From Escherichia virus TH44: DNA of 64,000 nt. The stretch is from sequence record MT446415.1. One strand, given 5' to 3'. Shown one piece after another: positions 33,401-43,751 of the stretch (positions are counted from its first letter, which is position 1; every line of letters begins with the position of its first letter). The position numbers were made by a program, and so were the translations under genes. The notes beneath the pieces were generated by a model. The model was given only the letters and a program-made list of their open reading frames with translations. It was not told the DNA's origin and made no database searches.

Positions 33401-33573
33401 TTCCTCCATAACAGATTTTCTTCTGGAATAGCAACACCATTTTCTTTTGTCGTAGCAATCTCAACAAAATAATAAAAGTTGGCGCCAACATTATCCCATT
33501 TTATGCTAACCTGGTTAGCAGATAGTTTATCAATCCGTAAGCTGGTTACATAAGGGGCTTTAACACTCATCAT
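30475..33573 (-). CDS. 7: Baseplate wedge initiator gp7
   Basis: Start trimmed to MMSVKAPYVTSLRIDKLSANQ, resembling recalled T4 gp7 N-terminus; about 1032 aa. Confidence 0.9.
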   Translation of the reverse strand: MMSVKAPYVTSLRIDKLSANQVSIKWDNVGANFYYFVEIATTKENGVAIPEENLLWRNLGYTPDNEWFEQDFIRPVSFYKMRVAVAAMGFEQSDWVYTEEFETFATNAYTFEHMREFTLTNKFIEEKFTNNNQAYINFNNDAIMASLMSEDFSFTPAYSHLSSISNYVLKEDQYHEIQGSIQPVCNDVNRTMIAELGGVLYLFERFQTTVKVSNDKGQNWYYVKLFNDRIGNPVSRTIYYQSDTTTYVLGYDRIFYGRKSSDIRWSADDVRFSSQDITFAKIGSDINLGFDIEIFGTYARLPAYISTIAEAITTTDSMIYVAGRDRVYKAKSSDAPIDNDPNSPTFGEKLFEAGYSTISGNPKAVCYKMDSIDGEVFALITGEVKEERQDPTKPENVVDSLSKGVYKLNTDTDTWTRVFGNTEDERRRIEHGYTSMSTDGIELFISSSNFRYSVEPDTELPAKYPEEVNEAVKYVYDEQWIHDKHYLMMSFRSNKDSGWEEFKPGRMSYYAEPFFNWSRRDDTRCWITTSDKALVVYNDMLYQKIIDTFGGSSPERIVHEYWNKGQVKVTSPNIEFNGFKKYASGIMLHKNTGELIGYFEFDYRMRDEVRLIWKPKEVMFTAELQNQEHDIPWTPENDEQEKDPDLRPLLTKMIPDSYLLQDSNFEKFCEYYLQFISDGSGTYYNNLLNLIRNQYPREEDAWEYLWSEMYKRNIYLSKTKRDEVVRFFEARQSDFWATKGTEASYKFLFKLLYNEDVEIDIESKNGTEYDIIVESDNISEDIVGQTIYTPTGRSNVTYMERDYKQGKLRWRITIHNLLGRFIVGQEIKSERTSFEGMIVQGVRGKELLSNNIDYINRNRSYYVMTIKSSLPTSRYRNDVLRFVHPVGFGFVGITLLTMFVNAGLSLKHTETIINKLNNYRWSSGIPSEWCDRIAVIGADGNIEHNPVTGEAVYNIAPNAGLPFPLPADYDAENDFSDFHGTLPSERRKKYSPLFDQSAVTFANWRNLVNQRLKDDIGNPRDPKDPTQVKVNE

Positions 33574-33587
33574 GGTTTCCTTAAAAA

Positions 33588-33601
33588 GCCTCCGAAGAGG
33601 C
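33588..33601 (-). other. Intercistronic UUCG hairpin between gene 6 and gene 7
   Basis: Reverse strand GCCTC-TTCG-GAGGC + TTTTT, then AAGGA RBS of gene 7. Confidence 0.5.
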
Positions 33602-35548
33602 TTATAGTGTAATTGGTTCAAGGTCAATCTTTGTATATTGCGGACGAAGGTCATTCTCAAATACAATCAGTGAACCATCTTGCGTGTATATATTATCTTG
33701 GTTAGGACTTGCATAAAGTTCGATTGATTGAACTTCAAAGCGCTCGGAGGTCAATCCAATCGCGGCGATATCCCAAAAAATATAATCAGAGTAATAGTCA
33801 ATTTCGCCAATTGCGTAATAAACTGTTTGGTCAGCCGGAGCTTCCATTTTATTAAAGTCATCTTGCAGGTAAGGCTGGATGTTTACATTTTCAATAACAT
33901 CGCCTGGACGGAATGGACCAATTACCATTTTACCATCGCCACGAGAATCTTTATCAGTTGCAACAATGCGAACGTTATAGGCTTCACCCGTGGTCGGAAC
34001 AAATTCAAATTCACTTGATTCGACTGAACGGTTGCCATACTGGTTATAGTATTTAATGCCGGATTCTGGAGTCTTAAAGAAGTTCAGGACTTCACGCACC
34101 ATCGAAATGGTTGCAGATGAACCAAGAATACTATGGTCAGTATTATCCACATACGTAAGCATTTTTGACTTAGCAAAACTTCTGTTAAAGATTTCAACTT
34201 CATCGATATAATAACGGTCAATCTGATTAATGATTTGTGCTTGCAGCCATTGTTCAGATTCTTGTAATTTGTTCAGCGCATAAGATACTTTGATATTATG
34301 TTTAAGGAACAAATAATCCGGAGAAATTACCGAGGGTGTAATTGTTGATACGTTGAACTCGCTAAGGTAGTTCTGGATGTCCTCACGCTGCACTGCAGTG
34401 AGATACAAGCCCGATTTAGGCTTAACTGATATAAACGCATACCCAGGCTTATTTGCGTCTGTAAACGTCTGTACGGCTTGCACGATTGAACCAAATCTTT
34501 CAGATACGAAGGTATCATAATCTGTTCCGGTGACAGCACGCATCTGCGCTTCACGTTTAACAACAGCCAGTTCACGGATACGTTCGATATCTTCTGGGTC
34601 ACCACCGCCATCGGCACCGACATAATCAGGGTCGTTGTTGTAGTTTTCAGTAATTTTATCCACTGTGATATAAGACAAAGTATCGGCATAACTGAAATCA
34701 ACAGCGCCGTTTGCATCTGCCCCTGAGGTACGAAGATATTCAATAACAATTGTCGAATCTTGCACCGGTTTGAGACCGCCAATATAGTTGGCTTCCATAA
34801 CGCCACCGGCTACGGATTTGGTGGATTCACCTTCACCGAAGAAAAATTCAGTATAGCCATCGATTGTTTCACGCATATAAAATATGGTGGAAGTCGAACC
34901 AGCATGGACCATTGATTTGTTCGTCCAGTCAACCCACTCAACACCGTTCACATATAACTTAACTTCTTTGCGGTCGATATCCGGGTCGCGAATAAGAATA
35001 GGTTGTTTCGGGTCATATAAAAGTTCTGTACGAATAATACGGCCCTGGGCCAGAGATACAATCGGAAGGTATTGGTTGTTAATATCTTTAACCGCAATAA
35101 CGTTTTCCGTGGTAACAAAAACATAAGGGTCAGCTGATGTATCACGAGCATATGCCAGGAATTTAGTTCCTCGTGGGATTTCAATATTCGATGGTTGCAG
35201 AGCATGAGAACATGTCAACATAACCGAAGTCTTTGCGGCCGAACGTGAAGATGGAAGATATCCATTATCCTGTGCCGCCTGAACAACCGAAGACCTTAAG
35301 TTTGCAGTTCCGATAAATGATTCATAAACTGCTGTATTAGCAAACTGCTGCATATAAAGTGTATTATACGCAAGCATGTCAATCAGGATATTCATTCGCG
35401 AACCTACGAAATCATAATCCTTAAATTCATCCTGGCTTGATAACCAGTCGATGATGTTCTTTTTAATTTCTTCAAACGTAGCTCCCACAAATACTTTTGG
35501 GATAGCGTTAACGGTTCTTGTTAATTGGTAATTCGTAGGAGTAGCCAT
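33602..35548 (-). CDS. 6: Baseplate wedge protein gp6
   Basis: 648 aa; MATPTNYQLTRTVNAIP...DYDFVGSR resembles recalled T4 gp6. Confidence 0.9.
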   Translation of the reverse strand: MATPTNYQLTRTVNAIPKVFVGATFEEIKKNIIDWLSSQDEFKDYDFVGSRMNILIDMLAYNTLYMQQFANTAVYESFIGTANLRSSVVQAAQDNGYLPSSRSAAKTSVMLTCSHALQPSNIEIPRGTKFLAYARDTSADPYVFVTTENVIAVKDINNQYLPIVSLAQGRIIRTELLYDPKQPILIRDPDIDRKEVKLYVNGVEWVDWTNKSMVHAGSTSTIFYMRETIDGYTEFFFGEGESTKSVAGGVMEANYIGGLKPVQDSTIVIEYLRTSGADANGAVDFSYADTLSYITVDKITENYNNDPDYVGADGGGDPEDIERIRELAVVKREAQMRAVTGTDYDTFVSERFGSIVQAVQTFTDANKPGYAFISVKPKSGLYLTAVQREDIQNYLSEFNVSTITPSVISPDYLFLKHNIKVSYALNKLQESEQWLQAQIINQIDRYYIDEVEIFNRSFAKSKMLTYVDNTDHSILGSSATISMVREVLNFFKTPESGIKYYNQYGNRSVESSEFEFVPTTGEAYNVRIVATDKDSRGDGKMVIGPFRPGDVIENVNIQPYLQDDFNKMEAPADQTVYYAIGEIDYYSDYIFWDIAAIGLTSERFEVQSIELYASPNQDNIYTQDGSLIVFENDLRPQYTKIDLEPITL

Positions 35549-35556
35549 TTTATTTC

Positions 35557-35850
35557 CTATTTTATAAAGACTTTTGATGAGGCTTGAGCCACAGTATCAC
35601 CACATGAAATCGGGTCTGCCATTTGAACAGCTTTCTTACCGGTAACAAATACTTTTGATGTGCGCGGTTGTGTTACTCCACCGTGAGTTTCATATGGTTT
35701 TTTAATTTCGGTATGCTCGGTAATAGGGTCCCCGGCAACTAACACCGGAATTCCCCCGGTGAATACTTTACCTTGAGTTGCATTAATTACAGTCGGTGGC
35801 CATGCTTCGTGGCCTGCTGTAACACATTGATTGAAACTTAATCCAGCCAT
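35557..35850 (-). CDS. 5.4: PAAR-repeat spike tip protein gp5.4
   Basis: 97 aa, same size and position as T4 gp5.4 (between gene 5 cluster and gene 6). Confidence 0.8.
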   Translation of the reverse strand: MAGLSFNQCVTAGHEAWPPTVINATQGKVFTGGIPVLVAGDPITEHTEIKKPYETHGGVTQPRTSKVFVTGKKAVQMADPISCGDTVAQASSKVFIK

Positions 35851-36347
35851 TAATCCCTCGCATATACGTATGAACGCAATTTATCTGCCCATCTTGACCA
35901 GTTACCAACGATAGTTTTTGTGTAAACTTTTGTCATTGTTTTTCTTACTGGAGCAGGAGGTGGGTCGGTCTCATTACCCGCACGGCTATTACTGCCACCA
36001 GAGCTCCCTGTGTCTCCACCAGAGCTCTCTTCTTGAAAGTCATAGGTTAGGGTTACCGTGTATGAAAAGACTCTCTGGAGGCTCGCTGGGGCCCTCCAGA
36101 GATACAATTGAGTACTCTTATCGGTAGGAAGGTCTTCCCATGAACCAGCAGTTTTGAATTCATCATTAAGCCGATATTTAAGTGCATCATCTGCGAATCC
36201 GAACACGGATTCATAAACGCCATAAAGATGATTCTCCTCAACATTAACGCCAGGGGTGGCCTCATATTCAGTTATATTTATTTCGACTAATGTTTCGTTT
36301 GTTTCTAATTGAGCTGTAAACGTAACATCGATTGAGGCTCCTTCCAT
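35850..36347 (-). CDS. 5.1: gp5.1-like hypothetical protein
   Basis: ORF-track start is TTG; trimmed to ATG 36347 ([10 protein letters not shown]) which has AGGAG RBS; an alternative ATG at 36371 has no RBS. Confidence 0.6.
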   Translation of the reverse strand: MEGASIDVTFTAQLETNETLVEINITEYEATPGVNVEENHLYGVYESVFGFADDALKYRLNDEFKTAGSWEDLPTDKSTQLYLWRAPASLQRVFSYTVTLTYDFQEESSGGDTGSSGGSNSRAGNETDPPPAPVRKTMTKVYTKTIVGNWSRWADKLRSYVYARD

Positions 36348-36381
36348 GGAGTCTCCTAAGTCAGTGCTCATTGGAAGTATA

Positions 36382-38124
36382 TTAGCCAATGTCAATCCTC
36401 GAACCATCAATAGTATATTGACCAGATGCAATAGAACTCATTGTTGACATTGTTTCGGACCAATTGCCAGCCACGGTCATATCAACGTTTCCATTAACGG
36501 ACCATTTGACATTACCATTTACCGTATAATCATGGTTACCTTCGACAAGAGTTTTTGCGTCACCTTTAACAGTTATTTCAGCATTACCTTCGACCAAAAT
36601 ACTTACATTACCTTTGACAATAATTGTACCGTCACCTTCAATGGTTTTGGTTTCATTCCCACGAATATGAATGCTTTCGTTTCCATCGGTCTGACGACGA
36701 ACGTTAGCCATATTATAATAGGTTTCATCACCACCAACGTTGACTTTATTATTACCGCCAACGTAAGTACTCGAATCGCCCTGGGTCATATAATAACCAT
36801 CAGCCACTGTCTTCGAAGTCTTACGACCGTCTGGTGCAACTTCCTCATAGGAACCGGTTGGATGAATCAGTCGATAACGTTCTTGTCCAGGGGTGTTATC
36901 AAATTCCTGAATATGACCGCCTTCAGTTTGCATTGTCTGCACGTAAGGATATTCGCCCTTGTAACTGGATTCTGGCTCTTTAAACAGAATCCTCGTATCT
37001 TCTGGAGTCCATGGGTCGGCTGGGTCAGAATTTGCAGGGGCTGCAAAGGTTTGAATCATCCTATATGAACGCCCTTTAAATGACCTTTCTTTAGGGGCCA
37101 TAATACCATATGATTCCATGTTACCTGTAAGGATAATCATTGATACCCTTGATGCACGGCCTTTAGTTTGGTTAAACCATACAGAATCACGAGCGGCATC
37201 AAATGCTTTCTTATAATCTCCAGCTAACATTGCAGCGAGCATCGTTTTAAATTTAGCAAGCCCACCCAATCCCATTTGGAAAGCCATGTTTTCAAGAGCC
37301 ATTTGTCTCGAACGGTTTTCTTTATTGTAAACTGGACCCACGACACTATGTCGACCTATATCGTTTTGCACTTTTTTAAGGTCTTCTTGGAATAATTTAG
37401 AGGCCTCGTCCATTGATATTGCACCAGGGTTACCTTTAACTTCACGGCCTATTTGATTAGATAATATTTTGTTTATCTGATTCATATCTCTAATAGGTTG
37501 TGGTGCAATCAAGTGTCCTATACCTATAGTAGGATAACCTTCGGTGTCCCAATATACTTTCAAACGAAGACCTTCATCACGGTGAAGCATATTTTCAATT
37601 GTGAAATTAGGATTATCATCTGGCTTAACTTGACTCAAATCAAGGCCATCGGGGTTAATACCAAGGTCAAGGTTTGCATCCTGAATTACGTTCGAAGTTG
37701 CATCATAACCGACCTCACCGCCTCGGTTGAGCGCAGCAGCATCATTACCTACATAAAGTGGATATTGTCCTGTGGGGTCAGAGAAGCCTTCGTTGGGATT
37801 TGCTTTTTGTCTTGAGGCTGAACCATATGTACCAAGGACTAATCCGTTAAGTTTCCACTTGTCTAAAAAGTGACCATACACTTGAGTCCCTGGCACCATA
37901 CCGGTCATTGCAGTTTGAATACCCGAAACTGATGCAGATGATGTTGGCATCAATACAGACATCCATGGCAGGTCTTCAGTTCTGATACCTTTTACAGGCC
38001 CTTGCGATTTCTCATATGGATGCATACCCCATACACGGACACGGACTCGACCTTGTTGAAGTGGGTCCATTCGGTCTTCGACAACACCGACGAACCAACT
38101 TACACTATCTGACATATTAATCAT
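36382..38124 (-). CDS. 5: Baseplate hub / tail lysozyme gp5 (OB domain, lysozyme domain, beta-helix needle)
   Basis: 580 aa; internal T4-lysozyme-like segment ENMLHRDEGLRLKVYWDTEGYPTIGIGHL with Glu/Asp/Thr triad; C-terminal VxGN octad repeats. Confidence 0.93.
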   Translation of the reverse strand: MINMSDSVSWFVGVVEDRMDPLQQGRVRVRVWGMHPYEKSQGPVKGIRTEDLPWMSVLMPTSSASVSGIQTAMTGMVPGTQVYGHFLDKWKLNGLVLGTYGSASRQKANPNEGFSDPTGQYPLYVGNDAAALNRGGEVGYDATSNVIQDANLDLGINPDGLDLSQVKPDDNPNFTIENMLHRDEGLRLKVYWDTEGYPTIGIGHLIAPQPIRDMNQINKILSNQIGREVKGNPGAISMDEASKLFQEDLKKVQNDIGRHSVVGPVYNKENRSRQMALENMAFQMGLGGLAKFKTMLAAMLAGDYKKAFDAARDSVWFNQTKGRASRVSMIILTGNMESYGIMAPKERSFKGRSYRMIQTFAAPANSDPADPWTPEDTRILFKEPESSYKGEYPYVQTMQTEGGHIQEFDNTPGQERYRLIHPTGSYEEVAPDGRKTSKTVADGYYMTQGDSSTYVGGNNKVNVGGDETYYNMANVRRQTDGNESIHIRGNETKTIEGDGTIIVKGNVSILVEGNAEITVKGDAKTLVEGNHDYTVNGNVKWSVNGNVDMTVAGNWSETMSTMSSIASGQYTIDGSRIDIG

Positions 38125-38723
38125 AATGACTTCTCCATCTCACGGATTAATGCCGAAATAAATGATTCGATATCATTAGGGTCGATTATCTTTATTTCTC
38201 GTTTATATTCATTTTTGCGAATAGCATCTTCATAGATATCTACTGCAGCTAATGGACCTTCATATTGGGGGTACAATTTATTCTTATCACCTTTATCATA
38301 CCAGGTGTACGGATTATCAGGATAAGAAACAAGATTCCAGAATTTTTCACCATCTTCATTTACATGATAAAGAACCTGATTACCACCTATATTCGAATAG
38401 CGTTGAATTGATGCCTGATACGATGATTCTTGTGAACATATCCAACCATAATAAGGGTCATAGATATTATTAAGCATAAGGAGAACCCAATAGAGTTGCG
38501 TGTTCCCATAGAGCTGGTATGCAAGTTCTTCAGGTCTCGGAGCTCCGGCGATGTAATATGTTTTTGGTGTATAATTAACCGCAACCTTATCAAAATAGGC
38601 ACGATAGTTTCTGAAGATGTCAGTCATTGGGATGCTTAAGACGTCTTCTTTCGTTAATGATGCCGAGTTTTTTCTGATTGTTTTTGCATCATAATCAATT
38701 GGGTTAAAAAATGAAAAAAGCAT
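38121..38723 (-). CDS. 53: Baseplate wedge protein gp53
   Basis: ORF-track start is TTG; trimmed to ATG 38723 (MLFSFFNPIDYDAKT, GGAGG RBS) resembling recalled T4 gp53 N-terminus; overlaps gene 5 start. Confidence 0.85.
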   Translation of the reverse strand: MLFSFFNPIDYDAKTIRKNSASLTKEDVLSIPMTDIFRNYRAYFDKVAVNYTPKTYYIAGAPRPEELAYQLYGNTQLYWVLLMLNNIYDPYYGWICSQESSYQASIQRYSNIGGNQVLYHVNEDGEKFWNLVSYPDNPYTWYDKGDKNKLYPQYEGPLAAVDIYEDAIRKNEYKREIKIIDPNDIESFISALIREMEKSL

Positions 38724-38735
38724 AAAGCCTCCATT

Positions 38736-38743
38736 TATAAATA
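38736..38743 (+). promoter_or_regulatory. Late promoter TATAAATA for gene 4
   Basis: Plus-strand TATAAATA 29 nt upstream of gp4 ATG in divergent 53/4 intergenic region. Confidence 0.6.
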
Positions 38744-38771
38744 AGTATATCAATATTTATTAGGAGGCTAT

Positions 38772-39221
38772 ATGGCATACTCCGGGAAATTTAAGCCCAC
38801 CAATATAGAAAAATATAAGGGCGACTGGAAGAAAATACAATACCGGTCAAGCTGGGAGGCTTGGTTGATGAGATGGCTCGACAATCATCCGAACGTTGTT
38901 CAATGGGGCTCTGAGACTGTGATTATTCCATACTTCTGCAATGCTGAAGGGAAAAAGCGCAGATATTATATGGATTTCTGGGTTAAGTTTGATACAGGGC
39001 AACAGTTCTTTTTTGAAGTTAAGCCGTTAAAAGAAACAAGACCCCCAACCAAACCGGCTAATAATACCACTGCGAGTAAAAAGAGATTTATTAACGAAAT
39101 GTACACCTGGAGCGTTAACTCTGACAAATGGAAAGCTGCACAAGCTACCGCGGATAAGATGGGTATAACTTTCAGGATAATCACTGAAAACTCACTGAAA
39201 AAATTAGGATGGAAAGGATGA
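38772..39221 (+). CDS. 4: Head completion protein gp4
   Basis: 149 aa; [18 protein letters not shown]...YRSSWE resembles recalled T4 gp4. Confidence 0.88.
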   Translation: MAYSGKFKPTNIEKYKGDWKKIQYRSSWEAWLMRWLDNHPNVVQWGSETVIIPYFCNAEGKKRRYYMDFWVKFDTGQQFFFEVKPLKETRPPTKPANNTTASKKRFINEMYTWSVNSDKWKAAQATADKMGITFRIITENSLKKLGWKG

Positions 39222-40042
39222 GTATTTTTACATTTATCAATGAATCTGCAGATAAACCAGGTCCGAAACCCAGTAAATCAGAACAACAATGGGTTGAAAT
39301 AGGGGTTGAATTTTATACAGCAAAAGAAAAGGGAATGACCTCGAAGAAGTTTGCTGAAGAGAAAGGAATCAACTATTCGACCTTTACCAAAAGCATGTCA
39401 AGATATCATTCGAGAATTCAGACTGCTTATAAAGTATCCAAGCTCAAAAAGAAACCTGCTGGTAAACTTACGAAGGCTGAACGTCAGCTGATAATGGTGA
39501 ATAGCTTTAGAAAGAGCATAAGAGATAAGATTGCTAACGAAGGCGCTGCAAGCAACACCAAATCTGCCAGATGGTTCGCTGAGACAATTAAGAAATCAGT
39601 TCGTGGTCACGTAACGGCTAAACCCCAACCGGGTAAGATTTATGCTTATATCTATGATGCAAAGCATAAGGATACTCTTCCGTACTGGGACAAATATCCG
39701 TTAATCATTTATCTTGGGCTAGGTAAGCACAATTTGATGTATGGTTTGAACTTGCACTATATTCCACCGAAGGCACGTCAAGAGTTCCTTGAGGAACTTC
39801 TTAAGCAATATGCTAATACTCCTACGATTACGAACAAGACTCATCTGAAGATTGATTGGTCAAAGGTAAAGGGATTTAAAGGGGCTGACCAGATGATTAA
39901 AGCATATATACCTGGCAATATAAAAGGTACTATCACTGAAATCAAGCCCAGCGACTGGGCAAACGTGGTATTACTCCCCCTTCAGCAGTTCATGTCGAAA
40001 GGCAAAAGATATTCTTCCCAGAAAGTATGGAGAAATTCATAA
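39209..40042 (+). CDS. 2: DNA end protector protein gp2
   Basis: 277 aa, basic; T4 gene order 4-2-3-1. Confidence 0.85.
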   Translation: MERMSIFTFINESADKPGPKPSKSEQQWVEIGVEFYTAKEKGMTSKKFAEEKGINYSTFTKSMSRYHSRIQTAYKVSKLKKKPAGKLTKAERQLIMVNSFRKSIRDKIANEGAASNTKSARWFAETIKKSVRGHVTAKPQPGKIYAYIYDAKHKDTLPYWDKYPLIIYLGLGKHNLMYGLNLHYIPPKARQEFLEELLKQYANTPTITNKTHLKIDWSKVKGFKGADQMIKAYIPGNIKGTITEIKPSDWANVVLLPLQQFMSKGKRYSSQKVWRNS

Positions 40043-40088
40043 TCTATTATCGGTCAGTGTTATTGGTAAGGACAAAAGGTCTAGAACC

Positions 40089-40116
40089 ATTATAACACTG
40101 ATTGTTTTAAAGCAAA
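40089..40116 (-). promoter_or_regulatory. MotA-box middle promoter on reverse strand, antisense to genes 2/4
   Basis: Reverse strand TTTGCTTTA + 13 nt + TATAAT + GGTTCTAGACC; same 17-mer as at 5033-5049. Confidence 0.4.
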
Positions 40117-40127
40117 CAAGGTGCACT

Positions 40128-40727
40128 ATGTCAGGTTTATATAATCAAACTAACACGACTAACTTTATATTAGAGGTGAGCGATTCAAACCTCACACAGA
40201 CCTTTAAACTAAACGTTCAAGACGTTACCCTCCCAGGGGTTCACATTCCTGTGACGGATGTTCCTGGCGGAACACAAGGTATAAATCGCTCCAGTCTTCC
40301 TGGTAGTACAATAGAATTCGACCCGCTGATTGTTAACTTTCTGTGTGACAAAGACCTAAGAGCGTGGCTTGACATCTATAAATGGATGCTCTCGCTCAAC
40401 AACTACATCACACACGAATCAAAAGCATGGCATCCGAAGGGTCGTCCCGAAGCGGTCACGCTTCATATCTTAGATAACAACAAGGACAAAATTGTCATGT
40501 CAATCCATTACTATGGAGCATGGCCGTCCGACCTGTCAGAGATTCAGTACTCATATAAAGAAGATTCTGACCCGGCTATCAATGCAACAGCAACTTTTAA
40601 CTTTAAGTCTTTTGCTGTAGAAATTGATGGTATAATAATAGAAGGTAGACCACAGATTGATAGTAATGCAGCAATGCAACAGGAAATCAGGTCTAAGTCA
40701 ATGCATCCATCTATGAGAAACGTATGA
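40128..40727 (+). CDS. 3: Tail completion and sheath stabiliser protein gp3 (by position)
   Basis: 199 aa ORF between gp2 and gp1. Confidence 0.65.
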   Translation: MSGLYNQTNTTNFILEVSDSNLTQTFKLNVQDVTLPGVHIPVTDVPGGTQGINRSSLPGSTIEFDPLIVNFLCDKDLRAWLDIYKWMLSLNNYITHESKAWHPKGRPEAVTLHILDNNKDKIVMSIHYYGAWPSDLSEIQYSYKEDSDPAINATATFNFKSFAVEIDGIIIEGRPQIDSNAAMQQEIRSKSMHPSMRNV

Positions 40728-41400
40728 AATTAATTGCGATTGTGGGTAAAAAACGCAGTGGTAAAGATACGACTGCTGATTATGTTATTAGTCAAAACGG
40801 AACAAAGTGGCAGCTTGCAGGTCCGATTAAAGAAGCGCTTTATAAAGCGTGGATTCGTCAAGACCTGCCACACAATTTGACCCTGGAAAATTTTGATGGA
40901 CAAGGTTATGACCGTGAAAAAACCTTGATAATGAACAACACCGAAGCTCATATTCTTCTGGCTGATGCTCTTGAATGGTTGAAACAACAATACAATCTCG
41001 ACCTTCCGAATCCGGATATGGTTCGTAAAATTATTGAATTTCACACACTAAATAATGTTGAGCCCTGGACAGTTAGACGTTTCATGCAGACCCTTGGAAC
41101 TGACATTGTTTGTACAGAGTTCGACAGCATGTTTTGGATTAAAACTTTTGCCTGCGACTATCTTGACAACCTCTATTCTGGATATAAATATTACGTTGTC
41201 CCAGATGTTCGCCAAAAGAACGAACTTGATTCGCTTCGGGCGATGGGTGCTACAATAATCTTTGTAGAACGCGATGAAGCAAATCATTCTACTGATACAC
41301 ACATTACGGAAGCTGGACTTCCACCACTAGCTAGTGACATTGTTATTAAAAACGATGGCACACTCGAAGAACTTTTTGATAAAATTAATAAGGTAATATA

Positions 41401-41401
<1 letters not shown>
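40724..41401 (+). CDS. 1: Deoxynucleoside monophosphate kinase gp1
   Basis: 225 aa; P-loop GKKRSGKDT; T4 gene order. Confidence 0.85.
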
Positions 41402-42091
<690 letters not shown>

Positions 42092-42092
<1 letters not shown>

Positions 42093-42129
42093 TGTACAAA
42101 TGAGTGTAGGTGCAGTATTATGCACCTAC
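42092..42129 (+). promoter_or_regulatory. Early promoter stem-loop cassette (PeSL-like)
   Basis: -35 GTGTAC; 9-bp inverted repeat GTAGGTGCA/TGCACCTAC with -10-like TATTAT in the loop. Confidence 0.5.
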
Positions 42130-42152
42130 GTCAACGAACAAACGGAGTTAAA

Positions 42153-42485
42153 ATGAACATCAAAACTTACAACGAGTTTTTAGCCGAATCCGCCATCAAT
42201 GAGACCAAATCAATTGATGATAGTGAAGGCTCTCTGAAATTTGGTTTATCCAAAAATGCAGATGGTGTTTTCTTTCAGATTGGTAATGAACGTTTTCAAA
42301 CGTCCAAATATTCCAAAGCTGCAGTTGAAGCTGTCCTGAAATCTGGTGGCAAGTGGAAAGGCAAAGAAGGTACTAAAGAAATTGGTATCGCTGTTGACGG
42401 TGGTATGGCTTATTTTAAAATTGGCGATGAACAATTTATTATGTCTGCTCGCGGGCGTAAAGAACTGGCAAAACTTTATAAATAA
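42153..42485 (+). CDS. Internal-protein-like small protein with capsid-targeting-type N-terminus
   Basis: Trimmed start MNIKTYNEFLAES (GGAG RBS); N-terminus resembles T4 IP leader MKTYQEFIAE. Confidence 0.7.
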   Translation: MNIKTYNEFLAESAINETKSIDDSEGSLKFGLSKNADGVFFQIGNERFQTSKYSKAAVEAVLKSGGKWKGKEGTKEIGIAVDGGMAYFKIGDEQFIMSARGRKELAKLYK

Positions 42486-42493
42486 GGTTTCTT

Positions 42494-42766
42494 ATGAAAA
42501 CTTTCAATGAATTTTTCAACGAGTCACAACTGAATGAAGAAGTAAAAATTAGTAAAGCAGTCAAATCTATGATTGACAATATCAATCACCTGTATAGCAT
42601 TGACTTGACTGACCATATAACAATTGGTAACAAACGCAACTTTTTCGCGTTTGACATTTCAGAACTTGACCAGAACCAAATTAATAACATTGAGCGTTTT
42701 GCCAATGACAAGGGTCTCCGTCATGAGACGGCTGGTTATAAAAAATATGCAATTTATCTAAAATAG
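42494..42766 (+). CDS. Internal-protein-like small protein
   Basis: 90 aa; N-terminus MKTFNEFFNES. Confidence 0.7.
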   Translation: MKTFNEFFNESQLNEEVKISKAVKSMIDNINHLYSIDLTDHITIGNKRNFFAFDISELDQNQINNIERFANDKGLRHETAGYKKYAIYLK

Positions 42767-42774
42767 GATTTCAA

Positions 42775-43074
42775 ATGCAAACGCTCCATGAATTTTTAGT
42801 AGAAAACAATTACCTGGCAGAAGCAAAAACCTGGCCTCTGGGTCTTCAGAAGAAAAACACTTTCAAATGGGTTGACTTCAAAGGTAAAGGTGACGAAGAA
42901 GATTTTATGCAACTGCGTAAAAATGGTTATACCTTCCTTGACTCCAACTATAACAAAATTACCTCTTTTAGTCAGAAGTCAAGCATTGCCTTCATTGAAA
43001 CTGGTAAGAACTCTCCTAAAGATATTTCTGACGACTTCGCCGCTTATGGTGTAATTCGTGGCGGTAAGATGTAA
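42775..43074 (+). CDS. Internal-protein-like small protein
   Basis: 99 aa; N-terminus MQTLHEFLVEN. Confidence 0.65.
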   Translation: MQTLHEFLVENNYLAEAKTWPLGLQKKNTFKWVDFKGKGDEEDFMQLRKNGYTFLDSNYNKITSFSQKSSIAFIETGKNSPKDISDDFAAYGVIRGGKM

Positions 43075-43083
43075 ATAACACAA

Positions 43084-43105
43084 GGGGATAATTATCCCCT
43101 TTTTA
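43084..43105 (+). terminator. Palindrome GGGGATAATTATCCCC + T-run
   Basis: 16-bp perfect palindrome followed by TTTTTA; cassette boundary. Confidence 0.5.
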
Positions 43106-43120
43106 TGGCTTGGAGACAAC

Positions 43121-43363
43121 ATGAAAACTTATCAAACATTTATAACAGAATCTTCTCATGGTATGGAAGTTAAACTTGGTCAAGCCCTTGCTGAAGCTGA
43201 GCGTTTGTTTGCACGCATCAAAGAACTTGCTGATTCCGTAGATGCATCATCTTTTAAAGGTGACCAAGGCAAAGTTAAAGCTCTCCTCGCTCTTTGTTCA
43301 GACGCGGGTGAAATTGCTAAGAATGGCACCAAGATGAAAAAACGTCTGGAAGACTTAAAATAA
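43121..43363 (+). CDS. Internal-protein-like small protein
   Basis: 80 aa; N-terminus MKTYQTFITES. Confidence 0.7.
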   Translation: MKTYQTFITESSHGMEVKLGQALAEAERLFARIKELADSVDASSFKGDQGKVKALLALCSDAGEIAKNGTKMKKRLEDLK

Positions 43364-43401
43364 GTATACGCGATGGGATAACTGCATTATAATTATCCCA
43401 T
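43364..43401 (+). promoter_or_regulatory. Early promoter stem-loop cassette (PeSL-like)
   Basis: -35 GTATAC; inverted repeat ATGGGATAA/TTATCCCAT flanking TATAAT. Confidence 0.5.
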
Positions 43402-43418
43402 CAACTACTGGAGACAAC

Positions 43419-43697
43419 ATGAAAACTTATCAAGAATTTATTAACGAATCAATTAGTCACCCGGATATGCTGGAAGACCTGAAAGGATATCTGATGGTTA
43501 AGGCCAAACCGGTTGATGGTGGCGCATTTGAGTTGTTTCTTGTTAAAGGCGAAAACGGTCCTGATAACAAGAAAGTTTCAGCAATGATGTTGACTAAAGG
43601 TTACAAAGTCAGTTCTTCCTGGAATGCTCCATTCACTTACGCGGTAAGCCCTCGTGAACTGAAAAAAGTTAAAGCTGGGCAATATACAAAAATTTAG
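43419..43697 (+). CDS. Internal-protein-like small protein
   Basis: 92 aa; N-terminus MKTYQEFINES. Confidence 0.7.
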   Translation: MKTYQEFINESISHPDMLEDLKGYLMVKAKPVDGGAFELFLVKGENGPDNKKVSAMMLTKGYKVSSSWNAPFTYAVSPRELKKVKAGQYTKI

Positions 43698-43734
43698 TGT
43701 ACGTGATGGGATAACTGTAGTATGATTATCCCAT
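43697..43734 (+). promoter_or_regulatory. Early promoter stem-loop cassette (PeSL-like)
   Basis: -35 GTGTAC; inverted repeat ATGGGATAA/TTATCCCAT flanking TATGAT. Confidence 0.5.
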
Positions 43735-43751
43735 CAACTATTGGAGACCAC